In this document: in pieces, positions 18,749 to 27,979 of the stretch
Layout of the letters: each line of letters opens with the position of its first letter
Numbering within the stretch: position 1 is the first letter of the stretch
Source: a phage
Sequence record: PZ445530.1
Strand: one strand, 5' to 3'
Length of the DNA stretch: 64,000 bases
Notes under the pieces: generated by a model
What the model was told of the DNA's origin: nothing
Seen by the model: only the letters and a program-made list of their open reading frames with translations
Database searches by the model: none
Made by a program: the position numbers and the translations under genes

Positions 18749-18971
18749 TACCACGTTAATTAATCCCTTTAGTGAAGATTTGAAGCCAGCCGCCTGGCGT
18801 GATGGATTCAATAACGAACGCTTTATTTTCAAGCCTGATCTTGAGGAATTTTATAACAATGGATCGAACAACAGCGGAGATAATTTTTCTTGGGATGTGC
18901 GTGGTGATGGTACTCCTGGGGGCCATTGTAAACCACGTCACTACTACCAGGAGGAAAGGGGGAGACGATGA
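18726..18971 (+). CDS. hypothetical protein
   Basis: ORF; weak SD. Confidence 0.4.
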   Translation: MWASRLNNTTLINPFSEDLKPAAWRDGFNNERFIFKPDLEEFYNNGSNNSGDNFSWDVRGDGTPGGHCKPRHYYQEERGRR

Positions 18972-19087
18972 CAACCAAGGATAAGCCCCGTACCGATAAG
19001 GCGCGCCGGGTTATGGTATGGCTTGAGATCATCGCCCTTGAAATATTGCTAGGCGTAGGGATGTACTTTATCGCTGTAAGTAACTAA
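18968..19087 (+). CDS. Small membrane peptide (39 aa)
   Basis: SD aggagg; hydrophobic WLEIIALEILLGVGMYFIAV. Confidence 0.3.
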   Translation: MTTKDKPRTDKARRVMVWLEIIALEILLGVGMYFIAVSN

Positions 19088-19091
19088 GAAC

Positions 19092-19120
19092 GGCCCCCGA
19101 TCATGGGGGCCTATCTTTTT
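19092..19120 (+). terminator. Intrinsic terminator
   Basis: ggccccc-gatcat-gggggcc hairpin followed by tatcttttt. Confidence 0.6.
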
Positions 19121-19229
19121 AAAAAATTTCCCTTTCAGGGTGTTGCAATCCGGTCCGCAATATGGATAATAACAATCAACGGGGAAACATCCCCGCCACA
19201 CAAACAAAAGCCCGAAGAGGAGAAAGAAG

Positions 19230-19429
19230 ATGAGCAACAATATCCGCGTTATTAACTTCAAAAAGAAGAAAAAATTGCCGTGCTGATTGACGGTCAAGAA
19301 ATCTTCAAGGGCGACTATGAAGATCATCAAACGGCGATTAGTATCACTCGCGTGATTGGTTATCATAATTTCTACCCCCAAGGCGCTGAGGCAGCAGTTA
19401 AACGAATCAAAGAGATTGTAGGCCTGTAA
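19230..19429 (+). CDS. Small protein gene interrupted at an A6 run (frameshift or indel)
   Basis: Canonical start 19230 reads 18 codons to TGA; the remaining 52 codons continue in the -1 frame from the A6 run at 19269-19274. Confidence 0.35.
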
Positions 19430-19430
19430 A

Positions 19431-19478
19431 ATTTATTTTTAGATGGCCTTGACTTCAGGGCCATCGATAAAGTAAATT
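19431..19478 (+). promoter_or_regulatory. Hairpin-embedded promoter/operator unit (copy 3)
   Basis: tttattttta + gatggcc-ttgacttcag-ggccatc + gataaagtaaatt. Confidence 0.5.
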
Positions 19479-19522
19479 TAAACCCTGTTAAAATACCACG
19501 CAGTTAACAAGGAGTGATAGAC

Positions 19523-19822
19523 ATGTTTATCCAGGCTAATAATCTTTATTTCTTTGATGGTCAGATCGTAGATGGTGTGGAAGTGGAGATCACCGGGTGC
19601 CCTGGTGGTCAGGCTATGACTTTCCGGAATAATGCCTTTGATGATTCTCATATCGTTATGAGAATGGAAGTTACGAAGCTGGACGACAAGAAAACACTTA
19701 TTGACTATTCTGTGAAAGATCATCCAGACTACCACATGATCTATGGTGATTTGTGCATTGTTGACCGTGACAAGGTGGGCGGCATTGTGATCGCTATTGT
19801 GAACGATGTTTTCTCAAACTAA
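19523..19822 (+). CDS. hypothetical protein
   Basis: SD aaggag before ATG 19523. Confidence 0.5.
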   Translation: MFIQANNLYFFDGQIVDGVEVEITGCPGGQAMTFRNNAFDDSHIVMRMEVTKLDDKKTLIDYSVKDHPDYHMIYGDLCIVDRDKVGGIVIAIVNDVFSN

Positions 19823-19839
19823 TTTCAGCAGGTGATTTT

Positions 19840-20190
19840 ATGAAAGTAAAACTATATTACCTTAATGAGCTTAACCCCCTTGCCCAGGTCCGCGCCCTGG
19901 CTAATACCTTGATTTGTGAGAAATCTGTATATTGTGTTGAGCTTAACGCCATGCGTGAACGTCTCAAAGGTGGTTACTTTGACATCCATGCTGCAATCAA
20001 CGGCCTGAATATGGAATTTATCCGCTTACGTAACAACAGCCGGAATCTGGCAAGAATGGAACAAGATCCGGCCCACCTTCGTAAGCTGGTTATTGAAAAT
20101 CATCTGATGTTCAATGCCGAGGGTGATTATTACCATTTTCACCGCAAACGTTGGTACCGTGGCGGCAATACAAGCAAGAATGCAAAATAA
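19840..20190 (+). CDS. hypothetical protein
   Basis: ORF. Confidence 0.5.
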   Translation: MKVKLYYLNELNPLAQVRALANTLICEKSVYCVELNAMRERLKGGYFDIHAAINGLNMEFIRLRNNSRNLARMEQDPAHLRKLVIENHLMFNAEGDYYHFHRKRWYRGGNTSKNAK

Positions 20191-20225
20191 GGCCCCTAGC
20201 AGGGCCTGCAGCGATATAATCACAT

Positions 20226-20260
20226 AAAGGCTATGCGGTTGCATGGCCTTTATTATTTTA
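20226..20260 (+). terminator. Terminator-like hairpin
   Basis: aaggctatgc / gcatggcctt stem followed by tattatttta. Confidence 0.4.
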
Positions 20261-20392
20261 GCGTTACAGCGACCCCTAAGGCGCTTAAAAAATTTTTTAA
20301 AGAAGTACTTGCATCAAGCCCTACAGTATGGATAATAGGACGTGTCGGGGGGCGGCCCCCAATCATTAACCGGATAGATAGGAGTTAAAACC

Positions 20393-20677
20393 ATGGCTAT
20401 TGTTACCGCTGGCGATGTAGTAGAAATGGAAGCAAAATACTTAAAAGCGGGTATGCATATCCTACGCAACGATCTTGAACTGGTCCTGACAATGGTTGAC
20501 TATAACCCAGGGCAAGATTATCCAAGTGTTGACTACTTTTTTGAGTATGTTGATGAAGAATTAAAAGAGGATGAGGCTTATCAGGGCGAATTCTGTAATT
20601 TCTTTTGCTCTGATGAGGTTGTAAAAGTTATCTATCAACCTGGCGTACCTTTCCCGCTGCACGCTATCAATAAATAA
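20393..20677 (+). CDS. hypothetical acidic protein
   Basis: SD ataggag; upstream TG-extended -10 (tggataat). Confidence 0.5.
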   Translation: MAIVTAGDVVEMEAKYLKAGMHILRNDLELVLTMVDYNPGQDYPSVDYFFEYVDEELKEDEAYQGEFCNFFCSDEVVKVIYQPGVPFPLHAINK

Positions 20678-20733
20678 ACCTGGCGGGGCCGAAAAGGCCC
20701 CCCAATTATGAAAATAAAGAGAGGCAAATCATC

Positions 20734-20967
20734 ATGATGGAACAAATTAAACGCGCCGAGGCTATTAATGGCAACGTGATCTATTTTGTCAGCAAAAACG
20801 AAAAAGGCGTACCCTATGCGGCTGTAATAGTACAGCCTGACGGCGATTATTGGTGCACTGTGTACGGCGCTTATTCTTTTGGGCGTCCAGTGCATGATAA
20901 AATTTTGAAAGTAGCGAACCCTACCGGGAAAAATATTACAGCAGAAAAATTTTTTGAAAAGTGTTGA
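20734..20967 (+). CDS. hypothetical protein
   Basis: SD aagagagg. Confidence 0.5.
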   Translation: MMEQIKRAEAINGNVIYFVSKNEKGVPYAAVIVQPDGDYWCTVYGAYSFGRPVHDKILKVANPTGKNITAEKFFEKC

Positions 20968-21045
20968 CATGACCTTATAAGACTGTAGAATATAAATCAA
21001 AGGGGGGCAACAAGCCCCCCACCAACCACAAAGAGGATAAAAATC

Positions 21046-21225
21046 ATGGCTATTATTGCAAAGACTGAGATCGTAGGCTTAGATTCTATTCTCCTCGCAT
21101 ATGAGGAAGCTATAGAAATGTATGTGGTTTCCTATGGTGAGTATATTCGTGAATATAAATCTATTGATCTGGCTTTTGAATGTTATATTCGCCAGGTAAA
21201 TAAAGCATATGATGATTATCGTTAA
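21046..21225 (+). CDS. hypothetical small protein (59 aa)
   Basis: Full cassette: ttgaca..tagaat promoter, gggggg-caacaag-cccccc hairpin, CA-rich leader, SD aagagga. Confidence 0.4.
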   Translation: MAIIAKTEIVGLDSILLAYEEAIEMYVVSYGEYIREYKSIDLAFECYIRQVNKAYDDYR

Positions 21226-21310
21226 AATAGTTTGACAACAATTACAAATCGGGTAGAATGTATTTCGTAGGGCGGCAATGATGCCGCTCACAACTAAAAG
21301 AGAGATCATC

Positions 21311-21505
21311 ATGGCGCTTAAAAAACTAACAAGCAATACTCGTTGGGATGAAATCGACGGGGAAGTTTACATTTTTGCCCGTAAACCAGGGGATCAAAAA
21401 TGGTCAAAGGCTTTTACTTGCCATCCTGCAACAATAGATCTGATAAAAAGTCAAGGACTACGTGAAGCAGTAGCAAGAAGTTTACTGATCCCTTGTAAAA
21501 ATTAG
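21311..21505 (+). CDS. hypothetical small protein
   Basis: Promoter ttgaca..tagaat, hairpin gcggca-atga-tgccgc, SD aagagag. Confidence 0.45.
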   Translation: MALKKLTSNTRWDEIDGEVYIFARKPGDQKWSKAFTCHPATIDLIKSQGLREAVARSLLIPCKN

Positions 21506-21582
21506 TTTGACAACAGTCAACAATCTGGTAAAGTGTACTACATAGCGCGGGAATACTTCCCGCCATTAATGAGGGTAATTTA

Positions 21583-21720
21583 ATGAAAACTTTCAACGCA
21601 ACAGCCTCGACAATTGGTTATATTATTACAGTACAAGCCGTGGATCTGGTAGCAGCAGCAAACAAGATTAAAAAGATGATTCCGCCAGGTAGTGAATTTT
21701 CCGTTTGGGAAGTAAAATAA
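21583..21720 (+). CDS. hypothetical small protein (45 aa)
   Basis: Promoter ttgaca; hairpin gcgggaa-tac-ttcccgc; leader cattaatgagggta shared with next gene. Confidence 0.35.
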   Translation: MKTFNATASTIGYIITVQAVDLVAAANKIKKMIPPGSEFSVWEVK

Positions 21721-21803
21721 ATCTTGACAATAATTTATTACTTGATAGACTGTATTTCGTAGTGCGGGGAAATAAGGCAACGCCCATTAATGAGGGTAGA
21801 ATC

Positions 21804-21908
21804 ATGTTAGAGAAAATTTTCACGGTTGTAGTAGTTGGCCTGGCATTATCGGTTGGATGGGTTGCAACTATGGCTAACATGATCCTATCTTCCCACGGTA
21901 TCGGTTAA
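21804..21908 (+). CDS. Small hydrophobic peptide (34 aa)
   Basis: Leader cattaatgagggtagaatc; hydrophobic VVVVGLALSVGWVATMANMIL. Confidence 0.3.
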   Translation: MLEKIFTVVVVGLALSVGWVATMANMILSSHGIG

Positions 21909-21909
21909 G

Positions 21910-22134
21910 GTGAATCAAATGATCACGAATAAAACAGGTAAAACGGAATTCTTGCGCGGCTTGCAGGTCGGCAAGCCTGAGATCTGGCATTGCACTAAAA
22001 CACCACGTGACGAAATGAAAGACTTCACCGCCACGCTGCAACGGGTAAAGATATCCATTACGCAGAAAAAAGCCTTGATAGTGGTGGAAGGTGAGATCCC
22101 TCAAGCCGTTGTTATAGTTGAGCGTACAGCATAG
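21910..22134 (+). CDS. hypothetical protein
   Basis: ORF immediately after previous stop. Confidence 0.45.
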   Translation: MNQMITNKTGKTEFLRGLQVGKPEIWHCTKTPRDEMKDFTATLQRVKISITQKKALIVVEGEIPQAVVIVERTA

Positions 22135-22225
22135 TTTAATTTATACCGATACCCGAAAATTAACCAACAAAGCATAAACAGGCGGTTGCCGCCGCCTTAA
22201 ACGTAGCAGAAAGAGGATAGATACA

Positions 22226-22459
22226 ATGAAAAAGATGATCGCAGTAGTTGCCCTGGTTCTGGAAGAAGAAATTAAAGCCATGCACCATAGCAACAGATTT
22301 ATTGGTGACGCGCAGGATAATATGAAAGTATGCCGCCATAAAGTTAATGAAGTGCTTAAAGAGTACGGCTATAAAGATCTTATGATCAAACGTGAGGAAA
22401 AATTCCGCTACCGTAACGACCTGGCAAATCGGATTTTTGAAATATACGAATCATTATAA
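22226..22459 (+). CDS. hypothetical protein
   Basis: Leader hairpin aggcgg-ttgccg-ccgcct, SD aagagga. Confidence 0.5.
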   Translation: MKKMIAVVALVLEEEIKAMHHSNRFIGDAQDNMKVCRHKVNEVLKEYGYKDLMIKREEKFRYRNDLANRIFEIYESL

Positions 22460-22478
22460 TTTTTTAACTGAATTATCA

Positions 22479-22504
22479 AGGGGCTTAGGCCCCTTTCTTT
22501 TTGT
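22479..22504 (+). terminator. Intrinsic terminator closing the plus-strand early block
   Basis: aggggc-ttag-gcccct hairpin followed by ttctttttgt. Confidence 0.6.
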
Positions 22505-24935
22505 CTGCTCTTCTCCTACCATAAACGGCCCTACCTGGCAAGTGGAATAATTGACTAGCCATCAATCCCACATACTGTACAAATATACATGGAAAATAAC
22601 TATTGCATAATTTTTCATTGTGTGGTAGCAAGTCCATTTTTACCCGTTTTCTCTCCCAAAAGTGCACGTAATGCCGCTATTGCACAAATTTTAACCTGAT
22701 GCACATCTCCAATATCTTGTCAACAACTAAAAATCTTTATAAGTCATACACTTACACAGCATCGAAAGCGTGTTCTACGCGAAAAATCGAGTATAACTAT
22801 AGCCGCCAGATCTCAGAATTCACGTACGCACGCCATTCTATAGCCTGCAAAGTATTTATTCCAACCACAGAATAACGGAATAGTCAATACCTGCATAAAA
22901 TAATTATTCGTGCAAACTGCATAACATAAATCAGCTCAGGTGTCAACATTTTTCGTAAACAGTCCGAAATTATAACGATGAGTTATCATAAACAGAGAAA
23001 TCTTTAGTCGTCTAATGTTTACTGTACATTACTATACTGACTGGAATCATTAGATGACTAAGAGAAAGATAAGAAATAATTAATAATGTAATTATTTTAC
23101 CTGTAACAATAAGGCAACTATGCAAACGAATGGCATGGCGCGACGGAGTCGCGACATAATATAAAAGCAGTAACCATCACCCCCGTGATAGTTTGTCTGC
23201 AAACTATTAATCAGATCATAGTTGCCTTGTATTTAGTTAATCATGACATAACAAGCAAGGCAACTATAGATCTGCTAATAGTTGCCCTGCTTTTATATTA
23301 TGTCATGCTAATTATAATCAGTGCGATTATTGTCATGTATAATTATTGTCATGCAAACGAATGGCATGGCTGATTATCGGTGTGTAAACAGTCAATCATG
23401 TAAATGGTTAGCATGTGAACAATCAGGAATGTAAACAATCCAGTGTGTAAACTAATAGGTGTGTAAAAGTGTCATGTTGTGTCAGTTAGGTCACATTATG
23501 TCAGACAAGTTTTTCTCCTCTTTGTCAAGTGCTGCATGAAAAATTTACAAACTGGTATGGTAGCATTTTTGCGGCCCTGTTTACATTCAGTAATGTATGT
23601 ATAATCCTTGTTGTGTGGGCGTTTAGACGTCTAGACGGTTGGAAGTCCACAGGTCAATATCTAATCTATCGGCTGCTAACTATATCCCACACAAATAGCA
23701 AGAAATATGATTGTTATATGCGTAAACTGTAACTCATGTTATCAATCCCTGTATGGATCGCCAGTGGTGCGCATAATGGGTATTATGTTAAATTGCCCGT
23801 AATGATAACTATTCTCACAATGATAGGTATTCTCATTCATCCACATAAAATAGGTTGCAAATGTTGTGCCACTGTGTGAACGGCCTGGCCTATTAATTTG
23901 CCTCACTGCCTTGATATTTGAGAATTGTTATAAGAATGAGAAGTATTCCCATTTCGTCCGCCTGGCAGCACTCCTGTAGGTCAGGTCAAAATCGTGGTAG
24001 AATTGGGCCTGTTCAGATATTTCTGGCTGACTCTTCAGGTCTGTGTGGGAAAAGCCAACCTCTCCGGCGGGGCAGGGGGTCATGACGGGAAAATTGCAGG
24101 TCAATTAAAAATTTACGTGGTGTATGAAGCGCTCTTCAGGTAAGGCATGTATTATGGGATGAAACCCGCTTCAGGCAATGATATTTGTGGGTGTGATATT
24201 TGCTGGAAAGCCAGATATGACGGGACTCCCGGCGGGGATGGGGTAGTACAGACAGGGAAAATATGAGAATGTAGTTGGGGAAATTGATCAGACAGGTAGA
24301 GTATGGAATATGTTACAAGTATGTTAAATATGGAGGTTGAATATCTGTAGGATTTGTGTGTAAAATCAAAGACTTAAGGGGTGTTGTGGTATTTTCTATA
24401 AATAATTCAAGTTTAATAGGCAATATTTGTCTCTATCCGTTTTGTGTGGTAAACAGATTCAGATTAGATTGGTTTACAAGTGTATACATAATATACAAAT
24501 TAAAGATACAAGAAACCCCCCTCCCCCCTTCGGCTACCATTCACCTTTTCCTCTGACTGGTACTTAAACACTTATTCAGACTCTTCAGGTTATCACCCAT
24601 ATATCATATGGCAGTGACTGGTGTCCTCCGGCCCCTCTTTCGTCACCCGTCCGCTTCGCCATGCTAATGCCATAGCCAATGGTTCGGTTGTTCACCCTGT
24701 TCACTCAGGTGTATCTCCATACCCCTTCAAACCGAAGAGAACAGAAAACCCGAATTACTCGGTAAAAGAAAAGAGAAGAACTTAATTTTATCAGGATAGG
24801 CAAGAATGTCAAGGCATGACTGCTCACTAAACAAGCAAACAGTCATGTGTGGAAGGTAAGTGATTGTGGTGGTGGGAAATTTAGTTGAAAGATGTGTTAT
24901 AGGTGCTTCCAGCACTTTAGCCGGGCAGCTAATTG
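22505..24935. repeat. Repeat-rich non-coding region at the convergence of plus and minus transcription
   Basis: No convincing ORF; inverted repeats ggcaactat/atagttgcc; tgcaaacgaatggcatggc x2; tgtaaaca-type iterons 23380-23470; CTCTTCAGG x4; duplicated tccggcggggcagggg unit. Confidence 0.5.
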
Positions 24936-24939
24936 TGTG

Positions 24940-25155
24940 TCAGTCCAGCGGTTCATCCTCTACTTCACTGAAATCAATGTTCATGGTCTCTTCCCAACCA
25001 TCGATCTCAGCACAAGAGTGGAGTTCTTTAGGGTTTACTCCCAAAGCCTCAGCAACAGAGTCTATATTTAACACCTCTGGCAGGTATGATTCATCGAATT
25101 CAAGGTAAATCAGGCCACGAGTGTTGTCAGCTCCACCAAATATTTCTATCTTCAT
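24940..25155 (-). CDS. Small acidic protein (MKIEI family)
   Basis: N-terminus MKIEIFGG, acidic C-terminus; SD ggagatt upstream. Confidence 0.45.
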   Translation of the reverse strand: MKIEIFGGADNTRGLIYLEFDESYLPEVLNIDSVAEALGVNPKELHSCAEIDGWEETMNIDFSEVEDEPLD

Positions 25156-25276
25156 GAAATCTCCTCTGGAAATGAGAGTGTGAACAGGGTTTTATACGTT
25201 CCGATGCACAGGAATTATGCACGTTTGCCTCTTCAGGCCATGCTTTAGCATGAGGAACCTGTGTGGGCTCGGTGCT

Positions 25277-25489
25277 TCATAGTCTACCACCCCTGAACTC
25301 TTCGTGCTCAGGCATAATAGAGAACCAGATATCTACGATGTCTTCCCACGTTAGGTCATCAGCCTCAGGATCTACCTGGAGCGAAGATGGAGAATCTTCA
25401 GAATCTAAGTTTTCCTCTTTCACTGGCTCAGCCAAGGGACATATAGTCACTCCTTTGGATGTCTCTTCAGATGCATGTGTGTTTATCAT
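25277..25489 (-). CDS. Small acidic protein
   Basis: ORF; ATG overlaps upstream TGA. Confidence 0.45.
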   Translation of the reverse strand: MINTHASEETSKGVTICPLAEPVKEENLDSEDSPSSLQVDPEADDLTWEDIVDIWFSIMPEHEEFRGGRL

Positions 25490-25575
25490 GTTCCACCCGT
25501 GAGTATTCCGGCAACAGCCGCTATGGACGTAATGATCATCAGGATCACCACTAAAACTTCGGACAATGTTCTCAT
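25486..25575 (-). CDS. Small membrane peptide (29 aa)
   Basis: SD ggag 7 nt upstream; hydrophobic VLVVILMIITSIAAVAGIL; stop overlaps next start (ATGA). Confidence 0.3.
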   Translation of the reverse strand: MRTLSEVLVVILMIITSIAAVAGILTGGT

Positions 25576-25849
25576 TGTGTACTCCATATTCTACAAACTA
25601 TGTGTGGATACTATCACTGGATCGGTAATGTGTCAACAGAAACGCCGCGAGGGTTTGGTTAAAATCCGAGCGTATGGTGATTTGGGTCAAAACGGACGTG
25701 CGTTCTCGCTACGCTCGAAATACGGAGTTGTTTGTAGGGAGCTCTTAAACGCTCTGTAATGAGATTAACTGCCCAAGGTATGCAATCGTGCACCAGATAA
25801 AGAAAAGGACGCCACAGAGCGTCCTAGGTGTCTTAAATTTGATATTTTG

Positions 25850-26161
25850 CTATACCCACGAGGGCTTATCAAGGTTGGAGTAGCTGAAAGGTGTCAAAAG
25901 GTGACTGTCAAAATCTCTCAAACTATCCAAATCTTTTTCCTCGTCCTGACACCATCTGTGCCTACATTTGTTGTTGTAGTGCATGGAATGCATAGCGTTC
26001 TGCAACTTAACAGGCACAAGTGATTCAGGAGTAGATAGTATTGTTGGGTATGCCAGAACCACCTCAAACAGTGGAAACACATCGAAACTAAAGTCTACCT
26101 CTGCAGAGGTTGATGGCATGTAGGAGTATTTAGCCGCCTTTGTAGACATAATCCACCTCAC
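25850..26161 (-). CDS. hypothetical protein
   Basis: ORF. Confidence 0.45.
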   Translation of the reverse strand: MRWIMSTKAAKYSYMPSTSAEVDFSFDVFPLFEVVLAYPTILSTPESLVPVKLQNAMHSMHYNNKCRHRWCQDEEKDLDSLRDFDSHLLTPFSYSNLDKPSWV

Positions 26162-26490
26162 ACAGGTTTGATAATACCTTCACCGAATAGCTCTTCGTAT
26201 CTAATCTTGTCCGGATCCCACTCCTGGATAATTTCGAAGACAATATCCAACCCAGGAACAATCACTTCTCCAGTGTCAAGCTTAGCAAGAACAAAACCGG
26301 AAGGTTGAATGGTTTCCCAGTTACGGCGATCAGAATAAAATACTTCGAAAATATCACCAACCTCAATCCGTTTCTGTTGCTCAAGATGCTCAAGGTTCTC
26401 TTTCATACGGATGCAGCGTATTTTTCGTGCAGGCCATAGACCACCTGCATCACGTTCATTCAATTCTTTTACAGTGATCGGTATACCCAT
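26158..26490 (-). CDS. hypothetical protein
   Basis: ORF; SD gaaggag upstream. Confidence 0.5.
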   Translation of the reverse strand: MGIPITVKELNERDAGGLWPARKIRCIRMKENLEHLEQQKRIEVGDIFEVFYSDRRNWETIQPSGFVLAKLDTGEVIVPGLDIVFEIIQEWDPDKIRYEELFGEGIIKPV

Positions 26491-26545
26491 CTCAAATCTC
26501 CTTCATAGATAGTAAAAAGAGGGGCCCAAGCCCCTCTTTTTGTCA

Positions 26546-26851
26546 TTATTCTACAGAGCGTTTGAACAGAATGTCTGCCTCGGACATGTGCTCAACCTCT
26601 TCTTCGATTTTAGCTCGACGTTTTTCAGCCTCATAGCGAATATCGAACTCGGTAGCCACCAGAGATTTGATGAATTTAGGAGAATACAGGTGATCCTGCT
26701 TCTCAACGAGAATGATATCCTTAATGGCATCTTTCAGATCTTTAATCTGAAGTTGGAGTTCCACCAGTTCTTCGATTGTCTTGCGAAGGCGATCACGCTC
26801 TGCAGTGTCAGAAGGAAGAGAGGTGAACAGTTCAACTTTAGATTTAGCCAT
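26546..26851 (-). CDS. hypothetical protein
   Basis: ORF; SD aaggag upstream. Confidence 0.5.
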   Translation of the reverse strand: MAKSKVELFTSLPSDTAERDRLRKTIEELVELQLQIKDLKDAIKDIILVEKQDHLYSPKFIKSLVATEFDIRYEAEKRRAKIEEEVEHMSEADILFKRSVE

Positions 26852-26879
26852 AGTAAGAGTCTCCTTATGTTGTTTTAAA

Positions 26880-27131
26880 TTAACGTTCTACAAAAATACC
26901 GTTCAGTTCAATAACCAGGAATTTCTGGTCTTCACTGTCGTCTCGTGCCAGCACCTCACAGACGTATCGGTCATCTCCATCATCATCGCAGTCAAATACA
27001 AGACTGAGGACTTTATCATGATAAACCTTCGCCACTACCGCCTCGTAAGTATTGCCGATTGTGAATCCAAGATAATCTCCGATGCATTTGACAACAACAT
27101 GGTCGCCAGCATTCAAGTCAATCTTCGTCAT
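26880..27131 (-). CDS. hypothetical protein
   Basis: Start moved to MTKIDL with SD aaggag 8 nt upstream. Confidence 0.45.
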   Translation of the reverse strand: MTKIDLNAGDHVVVKCIGDYLGFTIGNTYEAVVAKVYHDKVLSLVFDCDDDGDDRYVCEVLARDDSEDQKFLVIELNGIFVER

Positions 27132-27286
27132 TACTGCGCTCCTTGGGTAATAATACTGTATGTAAAACTTTAACCAGAGATGTGAATAACGCCCCAAAAC
27201 ACACCGATAGCGCTAAAACAGACAAGGCCATCATTAAAGCTTCAGTAAAATCAGTCACTCCTCACCTCTTGTTAGTCACTATACTG

Positions 27287-27550
27287 TCATTTATCCTTGC
27301 CGTCAAGAACTTTTTTAAATCTTTCAGGGATATCGCCTGTTCTTAGATAGCTCATGACCTCACAAGGTTCCCACTTGAATTTCTTACAAAGCAGGGCGGC
27401 TGAGATTGTTTCATTGCGAAAAGAAAGGATATTAATATCCCATTCTGAGAACCCCAACTTCCGAAGGGTAGCTACAGAAATCCTCACCGCAACCCAGCAG
27501 CAAAAACATGCAACAAACGCCACTGCTATAACCCACATCAGGATGTTCAT
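27287..27550 (-). CDS. Small membrane protein
   Basis: Hydrophobic N-terminus MNILMWVIAVAFVACFCCWVAV. Confidence 0.45.
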   Translation of the reverse strand: MNILMWVIAVAFVACFCCWVAVRISVATLRKLGFSEWDINILSFRNETISAALLCKKFKWEPCEVMSYLRTGDIPERFKKVLDGKDK

Positions 27551-27639
27551 ACAAGCACCTCACTGAAATACAAGACACAGTGTTAAGGTTACAGACCAGC
27601 AAATAATTAACAGTGCCGTTGCAACCTTGGCAAGATTTA

Positions 27640-27927
27640 TCATAGTGCCTCTAAGATTTCATATCCTTCGGGTCGGAATACAAGCCACTCCGTGGCTCCG
27701 TTTGGTCGATACGTTTTATACAGAACAACCTGATCTCGGCACATGCACATAGCTACATAGTTTTCATCCACACCTGCAGCCTGCATTGCAGCTTCTTCTC
27801 CGGCAACTGCTTTGCTTACAACCTCCTTAGTAGGCAGGTGTGCGATCAGCTCGTCACCATCATTAATTCCAAAATGGCTGAGTTCTCCATTGGTATCTTT
27901 AATCTTAATCTTAACCAGATCTTTCAT
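27640..27927 (-). CDS. hypothetical small protein (MKxL family)
   Basis: ORF. Confidence 0.5.
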   Translation of the reverse strand: MKDLVKIKIKDTNGELSHFGINDGDELIAHLPTKEVVSKAVAGEEAAMQAAGVDENYVAMCMCRDQVVLYKTYRPNGATEWLVFRPEGYEILEAL

Positions 27928-27979
27928 TAGTCTTCCTCCAGGTTCAAAGGCCCTAAGATTTCATATGCCAGATTAGAAG

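Noticed and set aside
19049-19381. 110-aa minus-strand ORF
   Set aside because: Antisense to a cassette gene with clear promoter, hairpin, SD and terminator on the plus strand; no SD of its own.
22505-24935. Short ORFs in the convergence region (22485..22667, 23185..23373, 23529..23732, 24356..24556, 24727..24915)
   Set aside because: No SDs, low-complexity or repeat-derived sequence, inconsistent strands; treated as non-coding.
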